64,000 bases of DNA from Blastocatellia bacterium (GTDB lineage Bacteria; Acidobacteriota; Blastocatellia; UBA7656): NCBI GenBank assembly GCA_963765495.1, contig CAVXWP010000009.1, forward strand, positions 352,001 to 416,000. The letters run 5' to 3'. This document shows, piece after piece, positions 63,920 to 64,000 of the stretch. Position numbers and translations under genes: made by a program. Each line of letters begins with the position of its first letter. Position 1 is the stretch's first letter. The notes beneath the pieces are model-generated. The model saw only the letters and a program-made list of their open reading frames with translations. It did no database searches and was not told the origin of the DNA.

Positions 63920-64000
63920 AGCTCCTCCTCAACATAGCGAGCCACCCGCCTGCTAAACATACCTTTCATTTAATCCGCGTTACTGAGTCACTCTGCGGCC

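Overview
This is a GC-rich bacterial window whose gene content points to Acidobacteriota, probably Blastocatellia-like (inference). The first 36 kb is a minus-strand array of 13 ADOP-type (MacB/FtsX duplicated orphan) ABC permeases. It is headed by a PadR regulator and interrupted once by a beta-propeller gene and a YceI gene. The remainder holds an FHA-GAF-HD-GYP protein, two BMC pentamer genes plus a putative cargo protein, a cyclophilin, gatB, a Mod/Wtp oxyanion ABC transporter with a ModC-phosphatase fusion, typA, a DUF4011/DUF3320-type helicase-nuclease, an amidase, DinB, a glycoside hydrolase, MscS, an MFS transporter and an ABC-2 pair. The most striking signal is non-coding. Many gene junctions carry a hairpin made of inverted tandem-heptamer arms around a short core. 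In the ADOP array the same 40-bp core occurs in both orientations between flanks that keep one orientation, and whole gene junctions are duplicated. Together these suggest an invertible, cassette-like spacer system, although no recombinase is encoded in the window. Also found: a duplicated sigma54-like promoter plus enhancer module and a MITE-like family.
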